The notes under the pieces are model-generated. The model was given only the letters and a program-made list of their open reading frames with translations, was not told where the DNA came from and searched no databases. Made by a program: the position numbers and the translations under genes. A stretch of DNA of 64,000 bases from Stegostoma tigrinum (lineage: Eukaryota), in assembly GCF_030684315.1 (NCBI RefSeq), contig NC_081360.1:40061424-40125423 (forward strand). Reading direction: 5' to 3'. The number at the start of each line of letters is the position of its first letter. Position 1 is the stretch's first letter. This document shows, piece by piece, positions 52,721 to 64,000 of this stretch.

Positions 52721-54496
52721 GGATTGGGTACATTTAAGTTTGAGGGGGCACATTTTTACTTCTCTGTGAAACAAGGGACATGGGGAGCAGATGGGAAAAT
52801 ATTTTTGGGGCAGGAAATGAATGATAGCAATAAATGATAAACCAGGCTCGAACCACAGTCTGATCAACTTTTTTCTCCTAATTTGTATGTCCTTGTGTTT
52901 GCCATTCATCATCAACCATTTTGATATTCAATCCCATTTACATTTCACCCTATAATAAAACTTCTTACAATAATTTTCCCTTTACTCTATCATTCCCTCC
53001 CTCTCAAATTCCTTGGAAACTATTCTGTCAAGTTCTTCTTCCAGTTCTTGTGTTTCTTCACAGATGTTATCGAAATTGCTGAGTATTTCCTGCATTTTCT
53101 CTTTTAGCTTAAACATTATATATCTCTTCTATTTTGAACTAACACAATTAAAGATGATTATTAATAGGATTTACTTCTAGAAATATCATGTTTATCAGAT
53201 TTTAAAGTGTCATTTTGTGTTATTTACAAATTATGATGTTGAACACAATTAGAGAATGAAAACTGTATGTTCTTACCCACACTAGATAAGGTGGTCTAAA
53301 CTGTTTTCATTGGATAATAGCTGAATTTTCACATGGAGGCAATATAATTACCCCTGATCATTAATGCAATGTACTTTTATCTTGGACAGTATTGCCTGTC
53401 TAACAAAAATCACCGAATAATGCTTTTATTTGATTTTAATTAGAATTGATCTAGATTCATCCAACAGTTCAGGGAATAATTTCCACAGAATTTTGAAGCC
53501 AAAGAGCCTTTCAATTTTTCTTACCGAATTACTGTTTTGCTTTCTGGGGCATTGCAGCTAGTTTGATACTTCTTGCTTTTTCATTTCGATTCGTTGCATA
53601 TCATGAGTATTACTTTGCCACTATTATAATCTTAATTTTTTTGTTCTCTATTCATTTTTGTGGGATGTGGGTGGCTGGCCAGCATTTCTTGCCCATCCCT
53701 AGATTAAACATTATTTCTGCATTATAATTAAAATGTTCTATATTGTCTTCATCAAATATGTTGTAAACCATTTTTGAACAATTTCATTTTCCAGAAGCTT
53801 GAACAGCAGAATAGAAATAACAACCATATACAGAATGCAGTATTAACTTGAAAAATCCTTCCTATTAGCACCACAGCTGCCCTGTGTCACTTCTGATCAT
53901 TGAACAGTTGAGGCAATCCCATAATGCTTTGTAGAACTAGGACAGTTACATGACACACAAAGAAAGGAATGTGTATTAACTTGTAATAACATTGATGGAA
54001 AGCCACTCATGAAATCATTGCCATTTAATATAAAAAACCTCATTTTGATCCTCATCTTTACATTTTTCATTCTGCTTTCTAATCATTATCTTGCCATTCT
54101 CAACAGAAAAGGCACAAACTGAAAACAAATATCCGTTAGAATGTGGGAGCAACATGCAATACTAAACTTATTACAAAAAAGGGTACAATACATCAGCTTT
54201 GTCAAAGAAGTTGCCAATCACCATAAATATAATCTGACTTTAACATTTAATCTGGACATTTTCCAAAGAAAATTTGTATATTTTGACAAATTTATGATGA
54301 CCTGAGAAGTTTGTTTTTTTCTTCAGTAGAGTATCAATAGCTGTGTGTTTGAATGGCAGTTTATGAGCTTCAAAACAGAACCACATTTTTTCCAAATGGT
54401 GTTGAAATGGATATTTTCGATTATTTCATTAGAATCTTAAAGACATTCAGTATTGTTATTATGGACTTCACGAGTTCTGTACACAGTGGATAAACT

Positions 54497-55077
54497 CATT
54501 GAGATGTACAGCACAGAAACAAATCTTTCAGTTCAACTCGTCCATGCTGACCAGATGTCCTAAATAAATTTGGTCCCATTTGCCAAAATTTGGCCCATAC
54601 CTCCCTGAGCCCTTCCTATTCATATACCCATCCAGATGTCTTTTAAATGTACGAATTGTACCAGCCTCCACCACTTCCTCTGGCAGCTTGTTCCATACAT
54701 GCACCACCCTCTGTGTGTACAATTTGCCCCTTAGGTCCCTTTTAAATCTTTTGCTGTGCACCTTAAACCCATGTCCTCTAGTTTTAAACTCACCTACCCT
54801 GGGGAAAAGACCTTGATTATTCACTCAATCCATGCCCCTCATGATTTTATAAATTTCTATAAGATTACCCCTCAGCCTCTGACGCGCCAGAGAAAACAGC
54901 CTCAGAGGCTCTTGCTATAGCCAAACCCTCCAATCCTGGTAACCCTTGTCAATCTTTCTGAACCCTTTCAAGTTTAATGACATCTTTCTCAAAGAATTGA
55001 ATACAATATTCCAGAAGTGACCTAACCAACGTCCTGTACAGCCGCAACATGATGTCCCAACATTTATAGTCAATGCT
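54497..55077 (-). mobile_element. CR1 3' fragment
   Basis: LFPRVGEFKTRGHGFKV...TQRVVHVWNKLPEEVVEAG. Confidence 0.85.
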
Positions 55078-56680
55078 TGGTGGGCAGCTGAACATTAGAA
55101 ACAAGCGTGCAAATGATTGGGTAAGCAGGGTGTGTAATTTTGTTATTAGGAAATTTCCCTTGTTGTACTAATTCTTTTTACCCTTGGTTTACTATCGATT
55201 TCTTTTGCCATTTGAAAATATAATGACAAGCACAAGTGCATTTTAATAACTCAATCCTACAGTTGCAACAGTAAAGTAAAATATACCAAAGGCAGAGAGG
55301 CAGACTGAGCACTGACCTGAAACCCGCTTCTGAATTTTCAGGAGAATATTTTTGCTATTACGATCAAATTATAAAGCATGTGCAGAAGAACTGACAACAC
55401 AACAACATACACATAAACTTACACACAGCTACCAAATAAAAAATACTTTAAAAGCTTATTCAAACCATTGAAACTAGATTGTGAATTTGTCTCTTTAACT
55501 TTGAGCAACTGACATCTCTAACTCGACACGCTTAGCAGACAGAAAGTGCAAGGTTGCCTGTTGATTTTTTTGGGGGGGGGAGGGTAGTTTGTAGAAAGAG
55601 AGAATTTTTTTATAACGCCTTCTGTTGTTGGAATCTCCAATGGTCTATTGTCAAGCTTAAGATATTACTTGAAATAGTCCACAAATTCTGCTATTCCTTC
55701 ACATGACCATGACAGTGAGGTCTTGATGATTATCAGCTACACATACTGAGGTATTGAGGGCAGGTACATTTGGGGATTGGAAACCTTATGGAACAGATGA
55801 TGAATGCATGAAAGTAATTTCTGTGGCAACCATATTCCCACAAGTATGGATTATGGAGCTGTAAGTGAGAAACTTTCAGGAAGCAGTTTGTAATATATGG
55901 GATTACCTGCCAAAAATCCAGCTGCTCAGTCTCTCATTAAGACTCAGATGTAGGCTCAAAGTTTAACTCATTACCTGCCACATGCTGTCTATGATGTGGC
56001 ACCATTCGTCCATCTTACTGAAGCTATATCACATGTCACTATAAACTCCTAACCAACACTAAGAATTTGTAGATTTACATTTTACAAACTTCATTTTGAT
56101 TTCAGTAAAATAAGATGCATAAGTGCACTTTATCAAACCAGAAAAGAAGAACTTCATCAAACACTTTTCCGTTTGGTTGTATATTAACCTCTCATTTTGT
56201 ACTGTTCTCATTTTTATTTCCTTTTGCAATAAGTTATTTCAGTGGCACACAATGTGAAAAAGACTGATCAGGAAGGAGCTATGGTTCAAATTTCGATGTT
56301 ACTCAATTCCAGAACCAAGTGGCTAAGGGCTAAGGTGGCTAACAAAATCATACTGACCCTGACAGGTGAAGCCCAACAATCTGAACTCTTTGACAAAGCA
56401 AATCTTAACTCTTAGACCTTCTCTGTAAGGCCTGGTCAACTGCTGCCTAAAATTGAAGGAAGAGGCCGCTGGCTGGTGTACTGCAACAGATGCTGGGCAG
56501 CAGAAGATCAGAAGTAAGGATTCACATAACAGTCCTCCAAACTTAATTAAATTGAGGGAAAGGATGTTCAGAGGGCTTCATGATTGGAAAAGGTGGGGAA
56601 TTCTTAGATAAAGGGATTCCTAAAATGGTCTTGTGGGGCCCACTACTCCTTTTGATCCACTGGGCAATTTAAAATATATT

Positions 56681-56828
56681 CAGAGATAGCAGGTACTGCC
56701 GGTCTGGGAGAATGTGAGATTACAAGGTGTAGAGCTGGACGGGTCCAGGCCTGAAACATCAGCTTTCCTGCTCCTCTGATGCTGCTTGGCCTGTTGTGTT
56801 CATCCAACTCTACACCTTGTTATCTGAG
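56681..56828. mobile_element. Older asymmetric fold-back Penelope pLTR insertion
   Basis: ACAAGGTGTAGAGCTGGA versus TCCAACTCTACACCTTGT inverted pair; GGGTCCAGGCCTGAAACATCAGC; imperfect TTAAAATA flanking repeat. Confidence 0.7.
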
Positions 56829-57381
56829 TTAAAATAAAATTTGCTGTTTCTGACCCTGTACTTATGCACTTATTTACCATCCTAAATCAGTGAGGTCAAG
56901 TAAAATTGTAAATACTTTGCTAGGCTACAAAGCGGTTACCAACTATAGTAATTTGCACATTTATCTAGCACCTTCTACTAGATAAACAGTACTCCACAGG
57001 GCATTATAAAAAATATTTGGCATCACATCATATAGGAGCTATTAAACAGATGAACAAACACTTGGTCCAAATAGAAGATTTTAAAGAGATTTGGAAAGGA
57101 TACTTTCTGAGAGATAGAGGAGGTATGATTTAAGGAGAGAACTCCAGAACTTAGGCACCAAGTAGAAAGGCAGGGTACCCAGCAGAGGAGTAATTAAAAT
57201 TGAGAGTGATCAAAATCAGAGCAGCACAAATATTTCAACTTTGTGGGCGTGAAGGAGATTGTAGAGAAACACAGGATTACAAGGGATATATAGTGTGGGA
57301 ATGTATTATTCAAACCATCCAATCAAATGTCAATGTTTATACTCCATTTGTATTTCCTGTCATCTTTTCATATCTAAATAC

Positions 57382-58295
57382 TGTTGCAAAGTTCGGTATA
57401 GTACTTGTGGCTTGGAAGGCAGGACAATAGAATTTGTTTGTAAAATGATAGTGGTGGTGGTTGGGGGGGTGGGGGGGGGTGGTGGTGGTACCAGTGGGAA
57501 GAGTGTGCGGGCCCCTTTGAAAGATGATCTGTCCTTTTCTAGGCTTGGAGATTCAAAAAATGTCTGCAGGCAGCTTCAGATGCACAGAGGGTTCTTGAAA
57601 TTGAAACATAGTAACAAAGACTATACTGTTACCAGGCCAAGCAGCATTTTTACCAAGACTACGGGTTTTGAATTTAGCCAATTAATCTAAACTAGGCTCT
57701 AGATATCGGAGCCCAATTAAATTTAAATCTGATTGTTTTTTCAACCTCAGGCCAATCCTATTGTAAGAAATTAATATGTCATCAATGGTATAAAAGAAGA
57801 CGGCATTTGGAAATTGTTATGAGAGCAAACCGCCATCTGTTAAGAGAACAGGTCTCAACAGTCATCAGCTCTAAAGAAACAGCAAATCACTGGCTCTCAT
57901 ACAAATCTCTAAGTAAATTTCAGAGTAAGAACCACCTAGGTAAAGGTACTGCTGTACTCTTAGCTAATATTCCTGACAGAAGAATTCGATGGAAGAACGT
58001 GTTCTTAACTGAAGGACAGTGGAGAAGGCAAAGAACATTCCAGATGATTTATCCTGACAGTAATTTTGAGAGATTAATTGTTTTAAAATTTAGTTTATAT
58101 AAGTGGGACATGTATCTATTGGAATGGCATACCATTTTTTAAATTCGGGAATAGTTAGTAGTCAAGGGAATTATTCACTTTGTTAGTAGTTCTGCTAACT
58201 TGTTCACTGTTGGAGTTAAATAAATAAACTGTTAATTGTTGATTATAGAGTGACAATCAGGGATTTTTTTTTCATTTAACCATCCCTCTGCAACA
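57382..58295 (+). repeat. 5' LTR
   Basis: TGTTGCA...TGCAACA termini; TATAAAAG near 57790; AATAAA near 58220; homologous to 63260 onward. Confidence 0.85.
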
Positions 58296-58298
58296 GAT

Positions 58299-58318
58299 TA
58301 GGGGCTCGAGTCCAGGAT
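58299..58318 (+). other. Degenerate primer-binding site, tRNA-Pro-like
   Basis: TAGGGGCTCGAGTCCAGGAT 3 nt after the LTR; resembles TGGGGGCTCGTCCGGGAT. Confidence 0.65.
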
Positions 58319-61300
58319 CTGGCTGGTTTGTGTATGGGATGTGAATGGATTTTGACAGATTTAAATAGATTTGGGATACCAAAGGTCCCAGCAGATTTAA
58401 ACAGACTTGGGGATTAGTGTCCAATTTTTAAAAATAAAACTTTGGTGACAAATGGAAAATCTGTTTAATTTCAGTGACTCCTGGGTTTGTTGAATCAATA
58501 GTAGGAGAAATGGGTCTTAACATTGTTAAAGAGATTCTGGGGTTTGAAGATCCTTCCCAAATTTGCCAAGCAAGTTTAGAAAGCCAGAGGAAGGATGTAC
58601 TTTTAGACATAGCAAACAGGCCAGATTTGGGTTTAACTCGGAACAAGAGGAAAGCTGAAATTGTAAAGGAGTCCATCAAGCATTTATGTTTACCAGAGAA
58701 ACAGGCAAGTGCAGTGGAGTTGGAAAAAATGAAGTTGAAAATTAGACAAATAGAATTAGAAGAGAGAGAAAAGGAAAAAATGTTTGAGTCAGAAAAGATG
58801 AGCCAGCTTGAACATGAGAAAGAAAAAGACAGAGAGTTTAAATTATCGTTGAAAGCAGAAGAGAAAGAAAATGAAAGAATGTGTGAGTTGAAAAGATGAC
58901 TTGGGACTTGAAGCAAAAAGACTTTAAATGACAGAAGTAAAAGTACAAGACAGATGTGAGGATGAGCAAACTCATTTTAGCCACAGCCAAGCAGAAATAA
59001 ATACAAATATGTCCAATCATTACCAAAATTCGATGACAAAGATATAGAAGCCTTTATCATTTCCTTTGAGAAATTGACTAGGCAGATAGACTGGCCAGAG
59101 ACTGTGTAATGTTAATTGAGAACAAATTGTTAGGCATGGCTCGTGAGGTGTTTTCAGAGGTGTCAGGAGAATATCAAGGAGTAAAACAGTCTGTTCTGAG
59201 AGCCTACAAATTGGTACCAGAAACATATAGACAACAGTTCAGGAATATAAAGAAGGAACCAGGTCAGGCTTATGTCAAGTTTGAAAGAATTAAACATAAC
59301 AACTTTGATAGATGGGGGAGATCGTTAAAGATAGAAAAGATATACCTTAGAGAAATTATGCTGCTGGAGGCGTTCAAAAACTCACTTCCAGAAGTGATAA
59401 GAACAGAAATTTAAAACAGTGAGAGGAGCTGCATGGATGGCGGATGAAAATGCATTAGCGCGTAAATCATAATCTAGTGTCCGACAGCAATTTTGTTCTG
59501 TAAGGGATAGAAACTGGGAAAAGGAAACCCTTCAATGAAAAACAAAAAAAGTAGATCACTCTGGGGACAGTTTACCACATGTGAATAAAATACACCTAAG
59601 AGAGGAACGACCTCAGATATTTCCACTGTAATACAGGGGACACACAAAGTCACAGTGCCGGTGCATTAAGACAGGCACAGGAAAAAGGATTTGGTAAAAG
59701 TGGCTAAACCAGCGGGATTAGTTGGGATAGTGAACGAAATCCCAAGAGAAGATGAGGAGCTGCAGGATGCTGCACAGCCTAGTCAGGGGCTAGATAGTAA
59801 GGTAGTGCCCGATCTCTTTAAACACTTCACCTCCTGTAGATAAGGTTTACTCAGGAAAAATGAGGGAGAGGGTAAAGAAATTAAAATATTGAGAGGTATG
59901 GGAGCTGGTCAGTCTCTAATAGTAAGAGATGAAAGTATTTGCAGTCCTTCTAAAATATTACCCGAGAGAGTGATAATCTATGGAATAAACGGAGAGAGGT
60001 TTAGCATTCCTCAGTGTAAGATAAGCAGGAAGGTCCAACCAAGACTGAGAAAATTTAGGGTGGGTGTGACTGAAAGTGTGTCTGTTCCAGGAATACAGTT
60101 TGTTCTTGGAAACAACTTAGCTGGATCAAAGGTAAGAGTGATGCCCATTGCAGTGGAGAAGCCAATAGAAAACCAGGGAACTGGACAGTTGAAAAAAAAC
60201 TACCCTGGAATTTTTCCAGACAGTGTGGTGTCCCATAGATCCCATAGTCATTAGCTAATGCAAGAAGGGAAAACCAAAGAGAAAGACGATGAAGTTGAGG
60301 TCCAGTTAGCTGCCACCCTGATTGATGAAATGGCAAGGGAAGAACCTAAGCATGTAGAGGATCAAGCAGAGGTGTTTAATTCTGAAAGATTAATGGACTT
60401 ACAACAAAAAGATAAATGATAAAGGATTTATATCATAAAAACTACTCAAAAAAAATCAGAATGTATTCCAGAATGCTTTTGGCTTAAGGATAGAATCCTG
60501 CAGGGGAAATGGAGACTGTGGTGGGTTAGTGCAAAGATAAAATGGACAGAAGTTCACCAGATTGTGTTGTCAGTAACATACAGACGGAAAGTATTGCAGG
60601 TATCATGCATACTACCTGTAGGAGGTCCCTTAGGGGTGAGGAAGACTCAGGCTAAGATACAAAAGCATTTTTATCGGCCTGGATTATATAAAGATGCAGC
60701 CATACCTGTCATATATGTCTGATGGTAGGAAAGCCATAGGCAGTTATAAAACCAGTGCCAATTCCCACATTAAAGATTTTTTTTAACGTGGATTGTGATT
60801 GATTGTGTAGGCCCTCTCTCTAAAACCTAAAGTGGCACCATTTGCTAACTATAATGGATATGTCCACCAGATTTCCAGAGGCAATTCCTTAAAGGATGTC
60901 AAGGCAAAGAAGCTTGCAGAGGAGGTGCTTGCTTTCTTTACCTGTTATGGACTACCCAGAAAGATTCAATCAGATTAAGGGTCCAATTTTACTGCCTAAT
61001 GTTATAAAGAAAGTGATGGATAGTTTCGGCTTCCAACACTTTAAATCAAATGCTTACCATCCTGAATCCCAGGGAGCATTGGAATGGTGGCATCAGACCC
61101 TAAAGGCCATGCATGAGGGCTTCTAGCCAAGATTATCCAAATGATTGGGATAAAGGTATCCCACTTACATCATTTGCTATTAGAGATGCTCCAAATGAAT
61201 CAACTCAGTTTTCTCTGATTGAGTTGATATTCTTACCAAGTAAGAGGGTCTTTAAAATTAGTTAAGGAAAAGTTGATAGGTCTGAATTCAGAAATTTCAT

Positions 61301-63250
61301 AGCTGGATTATGTATCTGAGGTGAGAGAAAGATTAAACAGAATAAGTGAATTAGCTATACAACATCTGAAGGTAGCACAGCATCTAATGAAACAAAAAGT
61401 AGACAAAAAAATCAAAAATTTGTATATTTGTGTCTGGGGATAAAGTGTTGGTGCTGCTACCAGTGGTAGGAGATCCCTTCAAAGCAAGGTTTCGTGGTCC
61501 CTATAAGTTTGAGAAGAAGTTAAGTCACGTGAATTATCTGGTAAATGCACCAGATGAGAAAAAAGACTTTATTAGGTATGTCACATGGACATGCTAAAAA
61601 CTTACTATGACAGAGAAAGAGAAACGGAGAAATAGGTACAACTTCCACTCAGAGTGAGGAATCAAATCCAAAGATTTGGATTTTGACGTGCCTCAGAATA
61701 ACTTAAATAATGAGGATGTCCTTAAAGAATGGGATATCTGCCTAGAACAGAGAACTTAATTGGAAGGCTTGTTGCAGCACAATAAGGAAATATGTAGAAA
61801 TAGACTGAGGAGGACTAATACTGTGTACTTGAGGTTGATGTGGGGAATGCTGCTCCAATAAAACAACACCCCTGGGAGCTTAATCCTCTCAAAGTAGCAC
61901 AGATACAGAAGGAAGTGGAAATGATGTTCCACGAAGACATCACTGAACTGAAACAAAATGAATGGAGTTCGCCAATCGTGTTGGTTCCAAAACCTGATGG
62001 TACTCAATGATTCTGCATAGATTATTGGAAGGTCAATGCCATGACTAAATCAGACTCATATCCAATTCCAAGGTTGGTGGACTGTGTGGAAAAAATTGGA
62101 CAAGCCGCTTACATGACAAAGTTGGACCTACTTCGTGGTTACTGGCAAGTACCCTTGTCGGAAAGAGTGAAAGAAGTTTCTGTATTTGTAACCCTAAATG
62201 GGCTGTATCAGTTTATAGTCATCCCTTTGGAATGAAGAACACACAAGCTACTTTTCAAAGACTTTTGAATAGAGTTGTGGCAGGGTTGATTAATTGTGCC
62301 ATCTGTATAGATGGCTTCGTGATCTTTAGTCATTCATGGAAAGATTACACGATGCATTTGGCCGAGCTCTTTGAGAGGCTACAGAAGGCAATATTGGTCA
62401 TAAATTTCGCAAAAACAGAAGTGACGTTCTTAGAACATAACTTCAGACATGGACAGATGACACCAAGGAACATGATAATGAATGCCATCGAGGAATTTCC
62501 AAGACCATTGTCGAAGAAGGAAGTGCTGTGATTTTTCAGACTGATCAGATTCTACAGGAAATTTGCACCAAACTTTAGTAGCATGGTGGCACCACTGACA
62601 GATTTGTTAAAGAAGAGCATGAAGTTCCTTTGGACAGAACAATGCCAGGAGGCATTTGAAAACTTAAAAGCAGTGTTAACCACGGCACCCGTTTTAGCCA
62701 CACCTAACATTTTCAAAGCCTTTAAAATTGCTATTGACACAAGCTATACATGAGTTGGAGCTGTGCTGTTACAGGAGGATGATTGTGGAATTGAAAGACA
62801 AATTGGTTATTTTTCAAAGAAACTCAATATCCAGCAGAGAAAATATTCAACTTTTGAAAAAGAGTTATTGAATTTGCTACTGGCCTTAAAACAGTTTAAT
62901 GTCTATGTTACAAACAATATATATAAACTGATCACAACCCTTTGACATTTTTGGCAAGATTTAAAGACAAGAACACCTGGCTTTTTTTGAGTCTTATGTT
63001 TCAAGCATTTTATTTACAGTTTGTACATGTTGCGGTCGAGAAAATTTATTGACGATGCATTATTGCAGGTTTAAAAGAAAAATATGGATATAGGATTGAA
63101 ATGGTAGTGTTCAATGTTTTGTATATGTGTATAGAATTAGTATAAAATACATAATTCTGGATTAATGACTTATTTATCTAGTTATAATGGCATTAAGTTC
63201 GAGAAAAAAAAGAAGCCATCTTTTCATCGTGATGGTTCATTTTTTTCTTT

Positions 63251-64000
63251 AGAGGGAAGTGTTGTGAAGTTGGGTATAGTACTTGAGGATTGGAAGGCAG
63301 AACATTAGAATTTGCTTATAAAATGATAGAGGGAATAGCATGGTTCCTTTAAAAGATTATTCTTTTTTCTAGGCTTCCTGATTAAAAAATAGTCTGCAGG
63401 CAGTAGATGCACAGAGGGCTCTTGAAATTGAAACATTGACCATAGATCATAGAATCTACAGTGTGGAAACAGGCCATTCAGCCCAACAAATCCACACCAA
63501 AACTCTGAAGAACATCCTGGCCAGATACATCCCTCTACCCTAATCCTGTCACCCCACATTTCCTATGACTGCACCCAACCTGCACATCGCTAAACACAAT
63601 GGGCAAATTAGCATGGCCAATCCACCTACTATGCACATCTTTGGACTGTGATAGTAAACCGGAGTACCTGGAGGAAACCCACATAGGCACGGGTATAACA
63701 TGCAAACTCCACATACACTCCCGAGGTTTGAATCAAACCCAGGTCTCTGGTATTAGGAGGCAGTACTGCTAACCACTCAGCCACCATTGAAATTGAAACA
63801 TCATAACAAAAGGCTATACTGTTAGCAGGCAAAGCGGTATTTTTTACCAAGAGAACCGGTTTTTGAATATATTTAATTTATTTAAATCAGGCGCTAGATT
63901 TCAAAGCTAAATTAAATCTGAATACAATGGTTTTGACTACCTCAGACCAATCTTACTGTAAGAAATTAACAGGTCATCAAGGGTATAAAAAAGAGGGCAT
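63251..64000 (+). repeat. Polypurine tract (63251-63259) and 3' LTR from 63260
   Basis: T-tract, AGAGGGAAG, then TGTTGTGAAGTTGGGTATAGTACTTG matching TGTTGCAAAGTTCGGTATAGTACTTG at 57382. Confidence 0.85.
63437..63786 (-). mobile_element. HE1/V-SINE-type SINE inserted in the 3' LTR, 15-bp TSD
   Basis: TSD TTGAAATTGAAACAT at 63422-63436 and 63787-63801; single copy in the 5' LTR at 57595-57609. Confidence 0.9.

Larger units (their letters stand above)
57382..64000 (+). mobile_element. Decayed Gmr1-type Ty3/gypsy LTR retrotransposon (gag-PR-IN-RT-RH); 3' LTR runs off the window
   Basis: Two LTRs, PBS, PPT; gag VLRAYKLVPETYRQQFR; PR ILRGMGAGQS; IN AYHPESQGALE; RT SYPIPR..KLDLLRGYWQV; RH IGYFSKKL..YSTFEKELL. 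Confidence 0.93.

Noticed and set aside
58428-58916. 162-aa minus-strand Ser/Phe-rich ORF
   Set aside because: Antisense of the Glu/Lys-rich gag coiled-coil region

Overview
Eukaryotic, repeat-dense vertebrate DNA. The repeat content (HE1/V-SINE-type SINEs, CR1 LINEs, Penelope-like elements) points to an elasmobranch (shark); this is inferred, not verified. The only host coding sequence I can support is one 144-bp exon on the minus strand (46700-46843) encoding the C2H2 zinc-finger region of a ZNF804A-type protein, so the rest is most simply read as intron. It contains: a near full-length CR1 with zinc-finger/SGNH-esterase ORF1, nested inside another CR1 that is itself inside a SINE; two kinds of Penelope-like elements (PLEs) carrying minimal hammerhead-ribozyme motifs; several short fold-back PLE-terminus insertions with 12-15 bp target-site duplications (TSDs); a decayed Gmr1-type gypsy element with integrase upstream of RT; other gypsy remnants and candidate solo LTRs; and a decayed 18S rRNA fragment. 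Most listed ORFs are repeat fragments or spurious. All identifications are by eye, and boundaries of old repeats are approximate.
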